Part shown: positions 28,515-38,356 of the stretch, one piece after another
Position numbering within the stretch: position 1 is the first letter of the stretch
How the letters are laid out: each line of letters opens with the position of its first letter
NCBI GenBank assembly: GCA_013154295.1
Contig: JAADCS010000008.1
Span: forward strand, 1-57,425
Origin: Thermotogota bacterium
Lineage (GTDB): Bacteria > Hydrothermota > Hydrothermia > LBFQ01
Reading direction: 5' to 3'
Length of the DNA stretch: 57,425 nt
Notes under the pieces: generated by a model
What the model was told of the DNA's origin: nothing
Databases searched by the model: none
The model's input: only the letters and a program-made list of their open reading frames with translations
Program-made: the position numbers and the translations under genes

Positions 28515-30344
28515 ATGGTAAAAAGGTACATAGCGACAGACTGTGGGAGTACCACGACCAAAGCCATAATGGTCCAAAAGAAAGAAGAAGGTTGGAGACT
28601 CATAGCAAGAGGTGAAGCCCCAACCACGGTTGAAAAACCCTTTGAGGACGTTACCATAGGTGTCAGGAATGCCATCAGAGAACTGGAAGAGATAACCGGT
28701 ATAAGACTGTTAGACGAGGAAGGAAACATCATCAAGATGGAGAAGCCTACCGAAAGGGAGGGGACCAACTTGTACGTCTCCACATCCTCCGCCGGTGGTG
28801 GTCTCCAGATGTTGGTGGTGGGTGTGGTTAAAAATATGACTGCCGAGTCGGCCGCCAGAGCGGCTTTGGGTGCGGGTGCTATTGTGATGGATGTAATCTC
28901 CATAGATGATGGCAGGAAACCTTACGAAAAGGTTAAACGAATAAGGGAGCTAAGGCCGGACATGATCCTTTTAGCCGGGGGTGTTGAGGGGGGAACCGTA
29001 AAACACGTGGTTGAATTGGCGGAACTGATAGCGGCTGCCGATCCCAAACCTCGATTCGGCTCCACCTACAAGATGCCCGTGATCTATGCTGGTAACTCGG
29101 CAGCTCGCGAGGAGATAAAGAAGATATTGGGCGACAAGGTGGCCCTGTACATAGTAGATAATATCCGTCCCACCTTGGACACCGAAAACCTACATCCGGC
29201 GCGAGAAAAGATACACGACCTATTCTTGGAACACGTGATGCAACAGGCTCCCGGTTATGCCAAGCTCATGCGCATGGTAGATGCCCCTATAGTACCCACA
29301 CCTGGAGCCGTGGGCATGCTCATAGAAAGGGTGGCTCGCAAGGAGCAGATTGAGGTGTTAGGAGTGGACATCGGGGGGGCCACCACAGACGTTTTTTCGG
29401 TCTTTCGCAACTCCGAAGGCGAACTGGTTTTCAATCGTACCGTCTCTGCTAACTTGGGTATGAGCTACTCTATATCTAACGTAATGGTAGAGGCGGGAGT
29501 AAAGAACGTTCTACGGTGGATTCCCTTCAAGATAAGTGAGTCCGACCTTAAAAATCGTGTGCGCAACAAGATGATAAGACCCACGACCATACCCATGACC
29601 ATAAAAAGCCTGATAATAGAACAGGCCATAGCCAGGGAGGCTCTACGCTTATCCTTGGAGCAGCATAAGATGTTCGCCACCGAGCTGAAAGGTGTTCAAA
29701 AGGGAGGAGATATAGCCAGAGCCATAGGAGGTGAAGAGGAACGTACGCTGGTCAACATGATGAACCTTGATCTCATAATCGGATCGGGGGGTGTCCTCTC
29801 ACATGCCCCAAGGCGTGTCCAGTCCGCTTTGATGATGTTGGATGCCTTCCAACCGGAAGGTATAACTCGTCTCGCCGTAGACAGTATATTCATGATGCCC
29901 CATCTGGGTGTCATATCTACTATAGACGAGGAGGCGGCTTGGGAGGTGTTTGATAGGGACTGTCTCATCCGATTGGGGACAGTCATAGCTCCTAAGGTCA
30001 TTGCCAAAGAGGGAAAGCTTATACTCCAGGCCACCCTGGAGTATCCAGACGGCCACACTACTCATATAGATCTACACTTTGGCCAGATAGTGCGTATAGA
30101 TCTACCTTTGGGCCAGAGAGTGAAGATTCACCTGGACCCCCGTAGAGGTGTCGACGTAGGAGAGGGGAAGGGCAAGAAGATTGTTACCGAGGTCGAAGGA
30201 GGAGTGGTGGGGCTCATTTTGGATGGTAGAGGTCGGCCGTTGGTTATACCGGAAAACGAACATAAGAGGGTTGAAAAACTCTTGGAGTGGTTTAAAGCTT
30301 TAGACGTCTACCCCATGTTGGATAGTTTGGAAAAAGCGGCCTAA
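28515..30344 (+). CDS. GlmL/MutL-type (glutamate mutase L) actin-like ATPase (start moved to ATG 28515)
   Basis: DCGSTTTK, STSSAGGGL, VDIGGATTDVFS, RTVSANLGMSYS and IGSGGVLSH. Confidence 0.85.
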   Translation: MVKRYIATDCGSTTTKAIMVQKKEEGWRLIARGEAPTTVEKPFEDVTIGVRNAIRELEEITGIRLLDEEGNIIKMEKPTEREGTNLYVSTSSAGGGLQMLVVGVVKNMTAESAARAALGAGAIVMDVISIDDGRKPYEKVKRIRELRPDMILLAGGVEGGTVKHVVELAELIAAADPKPRFGSTYKMPVIYAGNSAAREEIKKILGDKVALYIVDNIRPTLDTENLHPAREKIHDLFLEHVMQQAPGYAKLMRMVDAPIVPTPGAVGMLIERVARKEQIEVLGVDIGGATTDVFSVFRNSEGELVFNRTVSANLGMSYSISNVMVEAGVKNVLRWIPFKISESDLKNRVRNKMIRPTTIPMTIKSLIIEQAIAREALRLSLEQHKMFATELKGVQKGGDIARAIGGEEERTLVNMMNLDLIIGSGGVLSHAPRRVQSALMMLDAFQPEGITRLAVDSIFMMPHLGVISTIDEEAAWEVFDRDCLIRLGTVIAPKVIAKEGKLILQATLEYPDGHTTHIDLHFGQIVRIDLPLGQRVKIHLDPRRGVDVGEGKGKKIVTEVEGGVVGLILDGRGRPLVIPENEHKRVEKLLEWFKALDVYPMLDSLEKAA

Positions 30345-31021
30345 CTAATCTCCGAGCGAAGTAGAAGCAAAATGTTGTAAAGAGCTTCAGCTAAGCTGTA
30401 GTGATGGAAATCCTTCCAGTTCTCCTTCGTTTCCCAGAAAGGTTGTAGGGTCCTGTAACCGTGTCTTTCGTAACTCAAAGCCTGGAACAGTAGTTCCAGT
30501 TTATCGGCGGCTCTAACCACCAGGGCCTCCGGTGAACTGCGACTCTCAAACTCCCTATAAAGATCCCTTATGCTGTTACCCACATCACCTAAAACCGACA
30601 CCACCTCGTTATAGGCCATAGCTTCTGCTCTCTCCAGCTCCTCGGAAGGGATATAACGGCGTGCTTCCAAATGAACGTCCCCTATGCGACTCTCACCCAA
30701 CTCATGGAATAGAGCCATGGTGGCAGCCTTGTAGGGATCAACTTTCTCACCTAACTCTCTTAGGAAAGCTGCCATGACGAAGGAGAGCATAGCTACACCT
30801 GTCGTATGTTCGGCTACACTTTCGGGTTCTTTGACACCGTAGTACCACCAACCGGACCTTGGAATCAGCTTGAGGCGTTGGCTATCCTCCATAAACTCCC
30901 ACACAAGATAAGCCAAAACATCTAACGGGGAACAACCTACCCTCTCTATAACCCTCTCTACCTTATCCAGTGGCAGAGCGAGTCTTTCGGCTAAGGAGCG
31001 TGCCTTACAGTCCTCCATCAA
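30341..31021 (-). CDS. HD-domain 5'-deoxynucleotidase (YfbR/HDDC2-like)
   Basis: LKxxPRSGW, ESVAEH, ALFHELGE (HE in place of HD) and ADKLE. Confidence 0.85.
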   Translation of the reverse strand: MMEDCKARSLAERLALPLDKVERVIERVGCSPLDVLAYLVWEFMEDSQRLKLIPRSGWWYYGVKEPESVAEHTTGVAMLSFVMAAFLRELGEKVDPYKAATMALFHELGESRIGDVHLEARRYIPSEELERAEAMAYNEVVSVLGDVGNSIRDLYREFESRSSPEALVVRAADKLELLFQALSYERHGYRTLQPFWETKENWKDFHHYSLAEALYNILLLLRSEIS

Positions 31022-32064
31022 CTGGGATCTATCTCAAAGAGGACCTTCATGGCTCTTCCCTGGAAGATAACGTTAAAAGCCTCTTCATACTCTTCCAAGG
31101 TCACCCTGTGGGTTATGAGGGGTGATAGATCGACCTTGCCGCTTTCAAGGAGAGCTGTGGTTATCGCCCAGGTTTCATACATTTTACGACCGACGATGCC
31201 ATAAAGCGTTAGGTTCTTCATGATTATGTCGTTCATAGGTACATCTATCCTGTTTTTGCCATAGAGACCCAACAGACCTACCCAACCACCGTTGGTTATC
31301 ATCTCAAAGCCCTGGTTCAAAGCGTTGGGGTTGCCCGACATCTCTATAACCACATCCACACCGTTCCCGGAGGTTTCATCCATGACAGCTGTACGCACGT
31401 CGTCTATCTCTGGATTGAGGACCAGATCCGCTCCCATCCTACTGGCTATCTTAAGGCGAAACTCGTTTATATCGGTGGCTATCACCTTGCGGGCACCGGA
31501 GGCTTTAGCCACGGCCACGGCCATGGCTCCTATGGGACCTGTTCCCACTACCAGGACGTTTTTCCCCGTTATATCGTCAGCCAGGACTGTATGTACCGCG
31601 TTTCCCATAGGCTCCATCAAGGGGACCCAATCTTTGGGTATGCTCTCTGGTATCTTCCAGGCATTCTCTGCCGGTATCACCATATACTCAGCAAAAGCCC
31701 CATCCCTATTGAATCCCAAAATTTCCACGTTCTTACATACGTGGGGTTTACCTATACGGCACTGGTAACACTTGCCACAGGCTATGTGGGTTTCAACTCC
31801 GATGTAATCTCCCACCTTGGGACTTTCAACGCCAGGTCCCACCTCTACTACCTCCCCAGCGGATTCGTGCCCCACTATACGTGGAAGTTGCCTCAAAGAG
31901 GTCTGGGCAAACTCGTCCCACTTGTAGATATGGACGTCGCTTCCGCAGATGGAAGCATACTTAACCTTTACCAAGATCTCACCAGGCCCGGGTTTTGGAA
32001 CATCGGTCTCTATCAACTGAAGACCCGGTCCCGGTTTGCTCTTTGCTACAGCTTTCATCTTCAT
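31018..32064 (-). CDS. tdh: L-threonine 3-dehydrogenase
   Basis: SICGSDVHIYKWD, GHE, ETHIACGKCYQC, EPMGNAVHT and GRKMYETW. Confidence 0.92.
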   Translation of the reverse strand: MKMKAVAKSKPGPGLQLIETDVPKPGPGEILVKVKYASICGSDVHIYKWDEFAQTSLRQLPRIVGHESAGEVVEVGPGVESPKVGDYIGVETHIACGKCYQCRIGKPHVCKNVEILGFNRDGAFAEYMVIPAENAWKIPESIPKDWVPLMEPMGNAVHTVLADDITGKNVLVVGTGPIGAMAVAVAKASGARKVIATDINEFRLKIASRMGADLVLNPEIDDVRTAVMDETSGNGVDVVIEMSGNPNALNQGFEMITNGGWVGLLGLYGKNRIDVPMNDIIMKNLTLYGIVGRKMYETWAITTALLESGKVDLSPLITHRVTLEEYEEAFNVIFQGRAMKVLFEIDPS

Positions 32065-32067
32065 AGC

Positions 32068-33132
32068 TTACCAGGGTTTAAAGGAATCCTTATACATCTC
32101 CGCTATCTTCCTTGCAAAGGCGGCTATTAGTTTGATGGCCCCTTCAACATCCCGGACATCCACCATCTCGGCCGGAGAATGCAAGTAGCGGCAGGGTACG
32201 GATATGAGAGCCGTCGGGATACCGCTACGGGTTATCTGGATGAAGTTAGCATCGGTAGGTGTTCCCCTTGGTATGGCCTCTATTTGAACATCTATTCCCT
32301 CCTCTCTGGCCACCTCCCTTAGCAGGTTAAAGACCACCTGGTTTATATTGGGGCCTACTGCTAAAACGGGACCTTTACCCAAGCTCACATCCCCTATCTG
32401 ACTCTTGGGAACACCGGGAAAATCCGTGGCCACCGTAACATCTACGGCTATGGCCACATCCGGATCGGTAGCGAAGGCCGAGGTTTTGGCTCCCCTAAGT
32501 CCTATCTCCTCCTGAACCGTAGCCACGGCTACGACACGCGTGGACGTGGGATTCTCAGCGTAGAGACGCAGAGCTTCAAGGATCACAAAAGCGCCTATCC
32601 GATCGTCCAGAGCACGAGAAACCACCTTCTCCTCGTTTAGGAACTCACCATCCCAATCCAAAACACCGTAGGAACCTACGTCTATCCTCTTCAGGAGTTC
32701 TTCCTTACTCAAGCCGAAATCCACGAAGATCTCCTCTACCTTAACGGCCTTTTCCCTCTCCTCGGGGCGGAGTATGTGGATGGGCTTACGACCCACCACT
32801 CCCTTAAGGATGCCACCATCCTTGGTTAAAAACCTCACTCTCTGACCTACCAGCACCTGTGGATCCCATCCACCTACGGGTGCCACGTATACGAACCCGT
32901 TCTCATCTACGTACCTGACCATCAGTCCGATCTCGTCAATGTGACCGGCCAGCATCAACGTAGGGGAGTCACCTCCAGCTTCAGCGTAGGCGTTCCCGTG
33001 GGTATCCGCATAGACCTTGGCAAAACTCTTCGCCTCATTTTGCCAGACTTTGGATGCTTCCCTTTCGTTCCCGGAAGGACCTATTTGAGAAAGAAGCTTG
33101 AGAAGAAAATCTCGGTTGAGGGAATATGCCAT
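32068..33132 (-). CDS. M42 family aminopeptidase
   Basis: AGHIDEIG, ALDDRIG, VQEEIGLRGA and RYLHSPAE. Confidence 0.93.
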   Translation of the reverse strand: MAYSLNRDFLLKLLSQIGPSGNEREASKVWQNEAKSFAKVYADTHGNAYAEAGGDSPTLMLAGHIDEIGLMVRYVDENGFVYVAPVGGWDPQVLVGQRVRFLTKDGGILKGVVGRKPIHILRPEEREKAVKVEEIFVDFGLSKEELLKRIDVGSYGVLDWDGEFLNEEKVVSRALDDRIGAFVILEALRLYAENPTSTRVVAVATVQEEIGLRGAKTSAFATDPDVAIAVDVTVATDFPGVPKSQIGDVSLGKGPVLAVGPNINQVVFNLLREVAREEGIDVQIEAIPRGTPTDANFIQITRSGIPTALISVPCRYLHSPAEMVDVRDVEGAIKLIAAFARKIAEMYKDSFKPW

Positions 33133-33141
33133 AGGTGGAGA

Positions 33142-34518
33142 TTATACAGAAGACTTACGTTTTACGGTTTCTCTCACGGCGAAGAGCGTAGCAACTACAA
33201 AAACGCTCTCAAACAGAAACTTGAATCTCATGTTCTCGCGTCTCTCGGCCAGGACGCTGACTGTTAAAAGGTAGAGAAGAAGAACGTATAGGGGAAAGTT
33301 CCTACCCCTTAAACTCCAAGGGAGGGTTGCCAGGAAGAGTAGAACGAGAATTACCGTGGTAATACCAAATTTACTCACTATTTTCCCATATAAAACATCG
33401 TATATGCTGAATATTGGATAAATTCTAAGGAACTTATCAAAATTTTCAAACAATAATTTGAATCTACCTGTAAACGGATGATCGTAAGGGGGAAGGGAAA
33501 AAATACGAAAAGCAGAAACGAAAGCCCTAAAGTATATCCAAGGATAGCGCAAAAAGAGACGCAAATTATCCTTCAGGAGCAGAGAGCTAACTTCGGGGAA
33601 TATGGCGTGATTGTAGTTGGGAGCATTCGTCGTAGGTTCTCTCCACGCGTCCAAAACCTCAACGCCATACTCTTTAACCTTCTTTCCTATGAGTTGGGCG
33701 TAAGTTTCAGGTGGTGAAAAAGGGTAAGTGGTCATAAGAGCCGACACTACTCCTTCTTTGTGTAGCTTTAGGAATCTCTCTCTACCCCAACCGGGCATAT
33801 TCCATACTAAACGTGTTATGTTCATACCGGTCCAACTGGTCGCCGAGAAATTACCGAATAGAAACCAATTCTTCAAGTACCAGAGGGCGACTGGCAGAAG
33901 GAACACCGAACCCACCGTTAATACGGAACGCCATATCCGCGGATGGCGGATGGCAAGAGTGGCGATCAATACGGGAAACAGGATCACATGATAGAGTGTC
34001 CTCAAAAGTGTTAATACCATTAGAAGAGACATAACTGCCACCAAGTCCCTTCTCCTACCCGCAAGGGAAAAACGGACCAAGAAGAAAGCCAGGGCCAGGG
34101 TTAGGAAAGCGGACGGGTAGGTGTAAAAATACCAGGTTTCGTATATCAGGGTGGAAGGGTTGAAGATCCAAAGGATCAAAATCAATAAGAAAGAAACTTT
34201 TGGAGAAAAACCCAAAAGATGAAGAAGCCGATATAGGAACAGTACGCTTAAAAGACCCATAGCGAGAAAGAGGACGGCCCATATTCTGAACCCAAAGGGT
34301 AACTTCAAACCTACATAGGTCATGGCGTTGAATATGGGGGGTTGCATGTGCAGATACCAAAGGGAGGTTATAGGTTTTTCGGTGAGCCAAAGAGGATCTA
34401 AGAGCTGCCAGGCCCATTGCAGGGAAGAAATATCAAATCTGATACCCAAAACGAACCACGCCATAATACGATGAAGAAGGAATAGAGTTAATGAGAGGTT
34501 CAACCATATATCCTTCAT
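33142..34518 (-). CDS. Polytopic membrane protein, possibly a GT-C-type glycosyltransferase
   Basis: Many TM segments; WQLLD...HMQPP, WYLKN..LFG and ENMRF motifs. Confidence 0.6.
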   Translation of the reverse strand: MKDIWLNLSLTLFLLHRIMAWFVLGIRFDISSLQWAWQLLDPLWLTEKPITSLWYLHMQPPIFNAMTYVGLKLPFGFRIWAVLFLAMGLLSVLFLYRLLHLLGFSPKVSFLLILILWIFNPSTLIYETWYFYTYPSAFLTLALAFFLVRFSLAGRRRDLVAVMSLLMVLTLLRTLYHVILFPVLIATLAIRHPRIWRSVLTVGSVFLLPVALWYLKNWFLFGNFSATSWTGMNITRLVWNMPGWGRERFLKLHKEGVVSALMTTYPFSPPETYAQLIGKKVKEYGVEVLDAWREPTTNAPNYNHAIFPEVSSLLLKDNLRLFLRYPWIYFRAFVSAFRIFSLPPYDHPFTGRFKLLFENFDKFLRIYPIFSIYDVLYGKIVSKFGITTVILVLLFLATLPWSLRGRNFPLYVLLLYLLTVSVLAERRENMRFKFLFESVFVVATLFAVRETVKRKSSV

Positions 34519-35444
34519 GGCAGTACGAAGGTTCCTACTTCACCTCTCTCGGCCTCCCGAAGATACTCCGGCGAAGTTATTACCACCTTTTTGCCTCCAC
34601 CTCGTATGAAGTCTATGGCGGCTTCCACCTTGGGAAGCATGCTACCGGGAGCGAAATGTCCCTCCTCTTTCAACCTCTCCAGCTCATGGATTCCCACCTC
34701 TCTTAAAGGTTTCTGCTTAGGCGTGTTGTAATTAATATAGACGAAAGGAATCTGGGTCAGAATGTACAGAACGTCGGCCCTTACCTCCAAACCCAAAAGG
34801 GCACTGGCCCTATCCTTATCTATAACGGCCGGAACGCCAGAGAACTTTTCATCCACGGGTATCCCTCCACCACCAACAGCCACCACCACCACACCAGCCT
34901 CAATGAGGGAGTTTATGAGCGGGGCGTTTATCACTTCCAAAGGTCGTGGAGATCCTACGACTAACCTCCAACCCCTTCCCGCATCCTCCTTAACTGGCAG
35001 TCCCGTGAGTATGGAGAGTTCCAGAGCCTCACTTCTATCCATAAAGTCCCCTATAGGTTTGGAGGGAGAACGTAAGGCCGGGTCGTCTCGGGAGACCCGT
35101 ACCATAGTGAGCAAAGTTGCAACCTCTCTCTCTATACCCTTGTTCCTGAGGAGGGCCCTCAAGTGGGCTTCAAGGATGTAACCTATCCACCCTTGGGTTG
35201 AAGCCGTAAGGGCATGTAGAGGGTACATGGGAAATCGCTCCTTAGTTAGAAAGTGTCGCATAAACTCCATACCCACCTGGGGCCCGTTACCATGTGTGAT
35301 CACCAGTTTTTTGTTCGGTGAGAAGAACCCCCCTTCAAGCAGATTTTCCAACGTGCGTCGTGCGTTTTCATAATGCACCTCATAATCCATCCCCTCCCCC
35401 TTACGGCGGAGAGCGTTCCCTCCAAGGGCCACTACCACCTTCAT
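34515..35444 (-). CDS. arcC: Carbamate kinase
   Basis: VALGGNAL, THGNGPQVG, GGGGIPV, AVIDKD and GSMLPKVEAA. Confidence 0.95.
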   Translation of the reverse strand: MKVVVALGGNALRRKGEGMDYEVHYENARRTLENLLEGGFFSPNKKLVITHGNGPQVGMEFMRHFLTKERFPMYPLHALTASTQGWIGYILEAHLRALLRNKGIEREVATLLTMVRVSRDDPALRSPSKPIGDFMDRSEALELSILTGLPVKEDAGRGWRLVVGSPRPLEVINAPLINSLIEAGVVVVAVGGGGIPVDEKFSGVPAVIDKDRASALLGLEVRADVLYILTQIPFVYINYNTPKQKPLREVGIHELERLKEEGHFAPGSMLPKVEAAIDFIRGGGKKVVITSPEYLREAERGEVGTFVLP

Positions 35445-36229
35445 CGTAAGGTATATGCTACTGCCAGAATATGCCTATCTCCAAAAAGACCCAGCGGGTT
35501 ATAAACGTAAGAGAAAACTATACGCCGATAACGAAGGGTGAAGCCGAAGTGGGTACCAGCTAACCTATCTCGGCCGTATCCTCCGTATAGGTGGGCATAG
35601 TGGGAGTTGTAGCCTATCCCAAAGCGAAGCGTACCGTAGTCTAAGCCCAAACCTAAGACGTAAGCTTTACCTCCTACGTAGTAGTATCTACCTTGAACGT
35701 AAGCAAACAACCTCTGAAAGGATAGGTCGGCTCCTCCCATGGCTTTAAAGGAGGTAAGAGTACGTCTCAAACCCACGGGTAGAAGTTCATATCCCAAACC
35801 ATCTATGCTTCCCCTGAAGTTCCACCCTCCCCAATCGGTTTTAAAGGTCCTTTGAAAGTTTGCTACCACACCGAGGGCTACCCCTCGGCTTTGGGGTGAG
35901 AGGGAAACATAGCGCAGGGAGAGACCAGCTGCGATCCTCCATCCGTTAAAGTCTAAAGTATGCGCTCCATCCAACGAAACGAAGTTGGAAGAGAAAGACC
36001 CCACCACGTTGCCCTTTTCGTCGGTTTGGAGCATGCCGCCAGAGGTAAAGAACTTACTTCGTAAGCGATAGGAAGAATAAGAACCGCCGATGATCCCACC
36101 GTAAGAACCGGCAGCGTAATTGAAAACCGATGTATAGAACCTCATATTTGGGAAAACGTAACCCTCCAACTCCCACGGTGAAAAGTCACCGTTAAACACG
36201 TCGTACGCGTATGAGAAAAGTAGGAGCAT
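35441..36229 (-). CDS. Putative outer-membrane beta-barrel protein (PorV/PorQ-like)
   Basis: Alternating Gly/aromatic strands; SGGMLQTDEKGNVVGSFS resembles the PorV-type loop; the C-terminus is YVYNPLGLFGDRHILAVAYTL. Confidence 0.55.
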   Translation of the reverse strand: MLLLFSYAYDVFNGDFSPWELEGYVFPNMRFYTSVFNYAAGSYGGIIGGSYSSYRLRSKFFTSGGMLQTDEKGNVVGSFSSNFVSLDGAHTLDFNGWRIAAGLSLRYVSLSPQSRGVALGVVANFQRTFKTDWGGWNFRGSIDGLGYELLPVGLRRTLTSFKAMGGADLSFQRLFAYVQGRYYYVGGKAYVLGLGLDYGTLRFGIGYNSHYAHLYGGYGRDRLAGTHFGFTLRYRRIVFSYVYNPLGLFGDRHILAVAYTLR

Positions 36230-36238
36230 GGAAGTATT

Positions 36239-36697
36239 CTACTGCTGACTTTTGATTCTCCTAACCTCTTCTAACATAGAGAGAACCGCACTCGCCGCTT
36301 CCCAACCTTTGTTTCCGAACTTTCCTCCGGCTCTGTTAAAACCCTGCTCCAAGGATTCAACCGTAAGAACAGCCAAACCCACGGGTTTCTTGATCTTCGT
36401 AGCCACCTCCAACAGAGATGAGAGAACAGCCACAGAGAGATGTTCCCAATGGGGCGTTTCCCCTCTGAGTATGCAACCTACAACCACAAAACCCTTATAC
36501 CTGTCCTCATCTCCCAGTATGGCGAGCATTTGAGGGAGTTCAAAAGAGCCGGGGGCATTCACCACCTCGTAGGTGTAGCCCCCGGCTTTTAATCTACCAA
36601 TGGCCCCCTCTCTCAACCTTTCCGTTACGACCCCGTTAGAGAGGGAGACCAGAACACATATCTTGCTCTCTTCTTTACTTTTGCTTCCCGTCGCCAC
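36239..36697 (-). CDS. ribH: 6,7-dimethyl-8-ribityllumazine synthase
   Basis: PGSFELP, GCILRGETPH and RAGGKFGNKG. Confidence 0.93.
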   Translation of the reverse strand: MATGSKSKEESKICVLVSLSNGVVTERLREGAIGRLKAGGYTYEVVNAPGSFELPQMLAILGDEDRYKGFVVVGCILRGETPHWEHLSVAVLSSLLEVATKIKKPVGLAVLTVESLEQGFNRAGGKFGNKGWEAASAVLSMLEEVRRIKSQQ

Positions 36698-38267
36698 CTA
36701 AGTCGCTCCCCTCCGGCAGGAGAACATAGACCTCCACGCGCCTGTCCTTGGCAAGACCTTTACCTGTAGGTTCGAAGATGGTGTAGTTGGCCACTTCCTC
36801 AAACCTATCCTCACTGAGGTCGAACTGCCTCACCAGATACTCTTTCACGGCTAACGCTCTCTTCTTGGAGAGGAGTTCATTGTAGAAAGCCCCTCCTCTA
36901 CGGTCGGCGTGACCACGTATGACTACCTTGGCGTAAGGTTCCTTGGACAGGATCTCGCCCACCTTATCCAACTCCTTCTGGTACTTGGGCTTTATGATGG
37001 TCTTGTCGGTGTCGAAATAAACCACGGCCACCAGTTTGGGCTTACGGGAGAGTTTCTTGTAGAGTTTGACTTTCAAAACAGCGTCGGTAGTTAGATTCAC
37101 ACCTACATCTATGGGATGATAGTTCTCGTCATCCTTGGAGATGGTCAGTAGATAGTTGGAAGCGGGTAGGCTATCGTTGCGGTAGGTGCCGCTCTCATCC
37201 GTGGTGCCTTCGGTGGTCACCTTACCTACGACCTTCACCTTGGCGCCGCTTATCGGCTCCCCGGAAAGTGAATCCACCACTATCACCATGAGGGTTCTGG
37301 GTCCAAGCTCCTCAACTGCCTGAACTACGGCCGGGCCTCCACCAACACCCATCATAGAAGGACCTACGGGACCGTATATACGCTCGGCTATACGGGCCGG
37401 CGAGACGTGAGCGCCTACGAAAAGCTCCCAGTTCCACTCCCACTTTTCGGGATCGTCGGGGGAGAGGTAATACCTGTTGACGTAGTAGTTCATGGAGATG
37501 TTGGTACCGGCCGAGAGTACGAGCCCACCGTTGAAGAACCTGTAGCGCAGCATCGGCGTAGCGAACAGATAGTCGCTATTAAAGGATATAGGACCGTAAT
37601 ACTTCAGCTCAAAACCGCTCTCCAGATCGTAGTAGGTAGTGAATATGCCAAAGCCCACATAGAGAGGATTATCCGCCAGACCGCCCTTTTTGGTATCTAC
37701 GTTGTATCCGAAGCCCAAAGCGAGGTTTGCCAGAAGACGGGTAGACCATTGCTCACTTATGAAATCATATCCACCGGAAACGCCGAGTCGTGCCCCCAAG
37801 AGACCCTCACGCACTTTGAAAGAATCAACGTAGGTACCAACACGTATAGGCCCCTTCTGGGTTTCTCCTACAGGTACTAACAAGCTCAAGAGAGCGGAAA
37901 TACCCCAGTTTCTTTTTCCTATGAACTGGTATTTGGCTCCAAGCTCAAAGTCCCTCATGCCACCGAACCAACGGTCGTCGCGGGTAGTGTCGTCCAACTG
38001 CCCTTTATTTAACCAGTTGATACCTTTAAGCGTGGCGTAGAGTTCCAAGTTACGGACGGGTACTGTGTTTATGGAGCCCCAACCTAAAAGAAAATCCTGT
38101 ATACCGTAAGGTTGGCTCCATATCTTCTCCGCGTATATGGTGGTTTCCAGATAGTTTATATAACCACCGCTTACAAGTTTTTCCGTGGAGGCTCTCCAAT
38201 CAAAAACGTCAAAATAACCGCTTGCCCCCGTATTGGATAGGTAGCTAACGAGCATCAGCATGGTCAT
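36675..38267 (-). CDS. OmpA-family protein: N-terminal barrel-like region, carboxypeptidase-regulatory-like domain and peptidoglycan-binding domain
   Basis: VDSLSGEPISGAKV...TDESG; VYFDTDK, GHADRRG..YN.LLS.KRA and DRRVEV. Confidence 0.85.
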   Translation of the reverse strand: MTMLMLVSYLSNTGASGYFDVFDWRASTEKLVSGGYINYLETTIYAEKIWSQPYGIQDFLLGWGSINTVPVRNLELYATLKGINWLNKGQLDDTTRDDRWFGGMRDFELGAKYQFIGKRNWGISALLSLLVPVGETQKGPIRVGTYVDSFKVREGLLGARLGVSGGYDFISEQWSTRLLANLALGFGYNVDTKKGGLADNPLYVGFGIFTTYYDLESGFELKYYGPISFNSDYLFATPMLRYRFFNGGLVLSAGTNISMNYYVNRYYLSPDDPEKWEWNWELFVGAHVSPARIAERIYGPVGPSMMGVGGGPAVVQAVEELGPRTLMVIVVDSLSGEPISGAKVKVVGKVTTEGTTDESGTYRNDSLPASNYLLTISKDDENYHPIDVGVNLTTDAVLKVKLYKKLSRKPKLVAVVYFDTDKTIIKPKYQKELDKVGEILSKEPYAKVVIRGHADRRGGAFYNELLSKKRALAVKEYLVRQFDLSEDRFEEVANYTIFEPTGKGLAKDRRVEVYVLLPEGSDLGGDGKQK

Positions 38268-38270
38268 AAG

Positions 38271-38343
38271 TGCCCCGCGAGGGACTCGAACCCCCGACCC
38301 GCGGATTAAGAATCCGCTGCTCTACCGTCTGAGCTAGCGGGGC
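38271..38343 (-). tRNA. tRNA-Lys(CTT)
   Basis: GCCCCGC TAGCTCAGACGGTAGAGC A GCGGA-TT-CTT-AA-TCCGC ... GGTTCGAGTCC GCGGGGC-A; no encoded CCA. Confidence 0.95.
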
Positions 38344-38356
38344 ACGTAGGTGGATA

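Noticed and set aside
36625-36660. RibH has SLSN where an aromatic residue (as in xRFN) is usual
   Set aside because: A single substitution with all other motifs intact; too weak to claim altered function.
3844-38343. Genomic islands integrated at the tRNAs
   Set aside because: No integrase and no duplicated tRNA 3' ends; the flanking genes are housekeeping.
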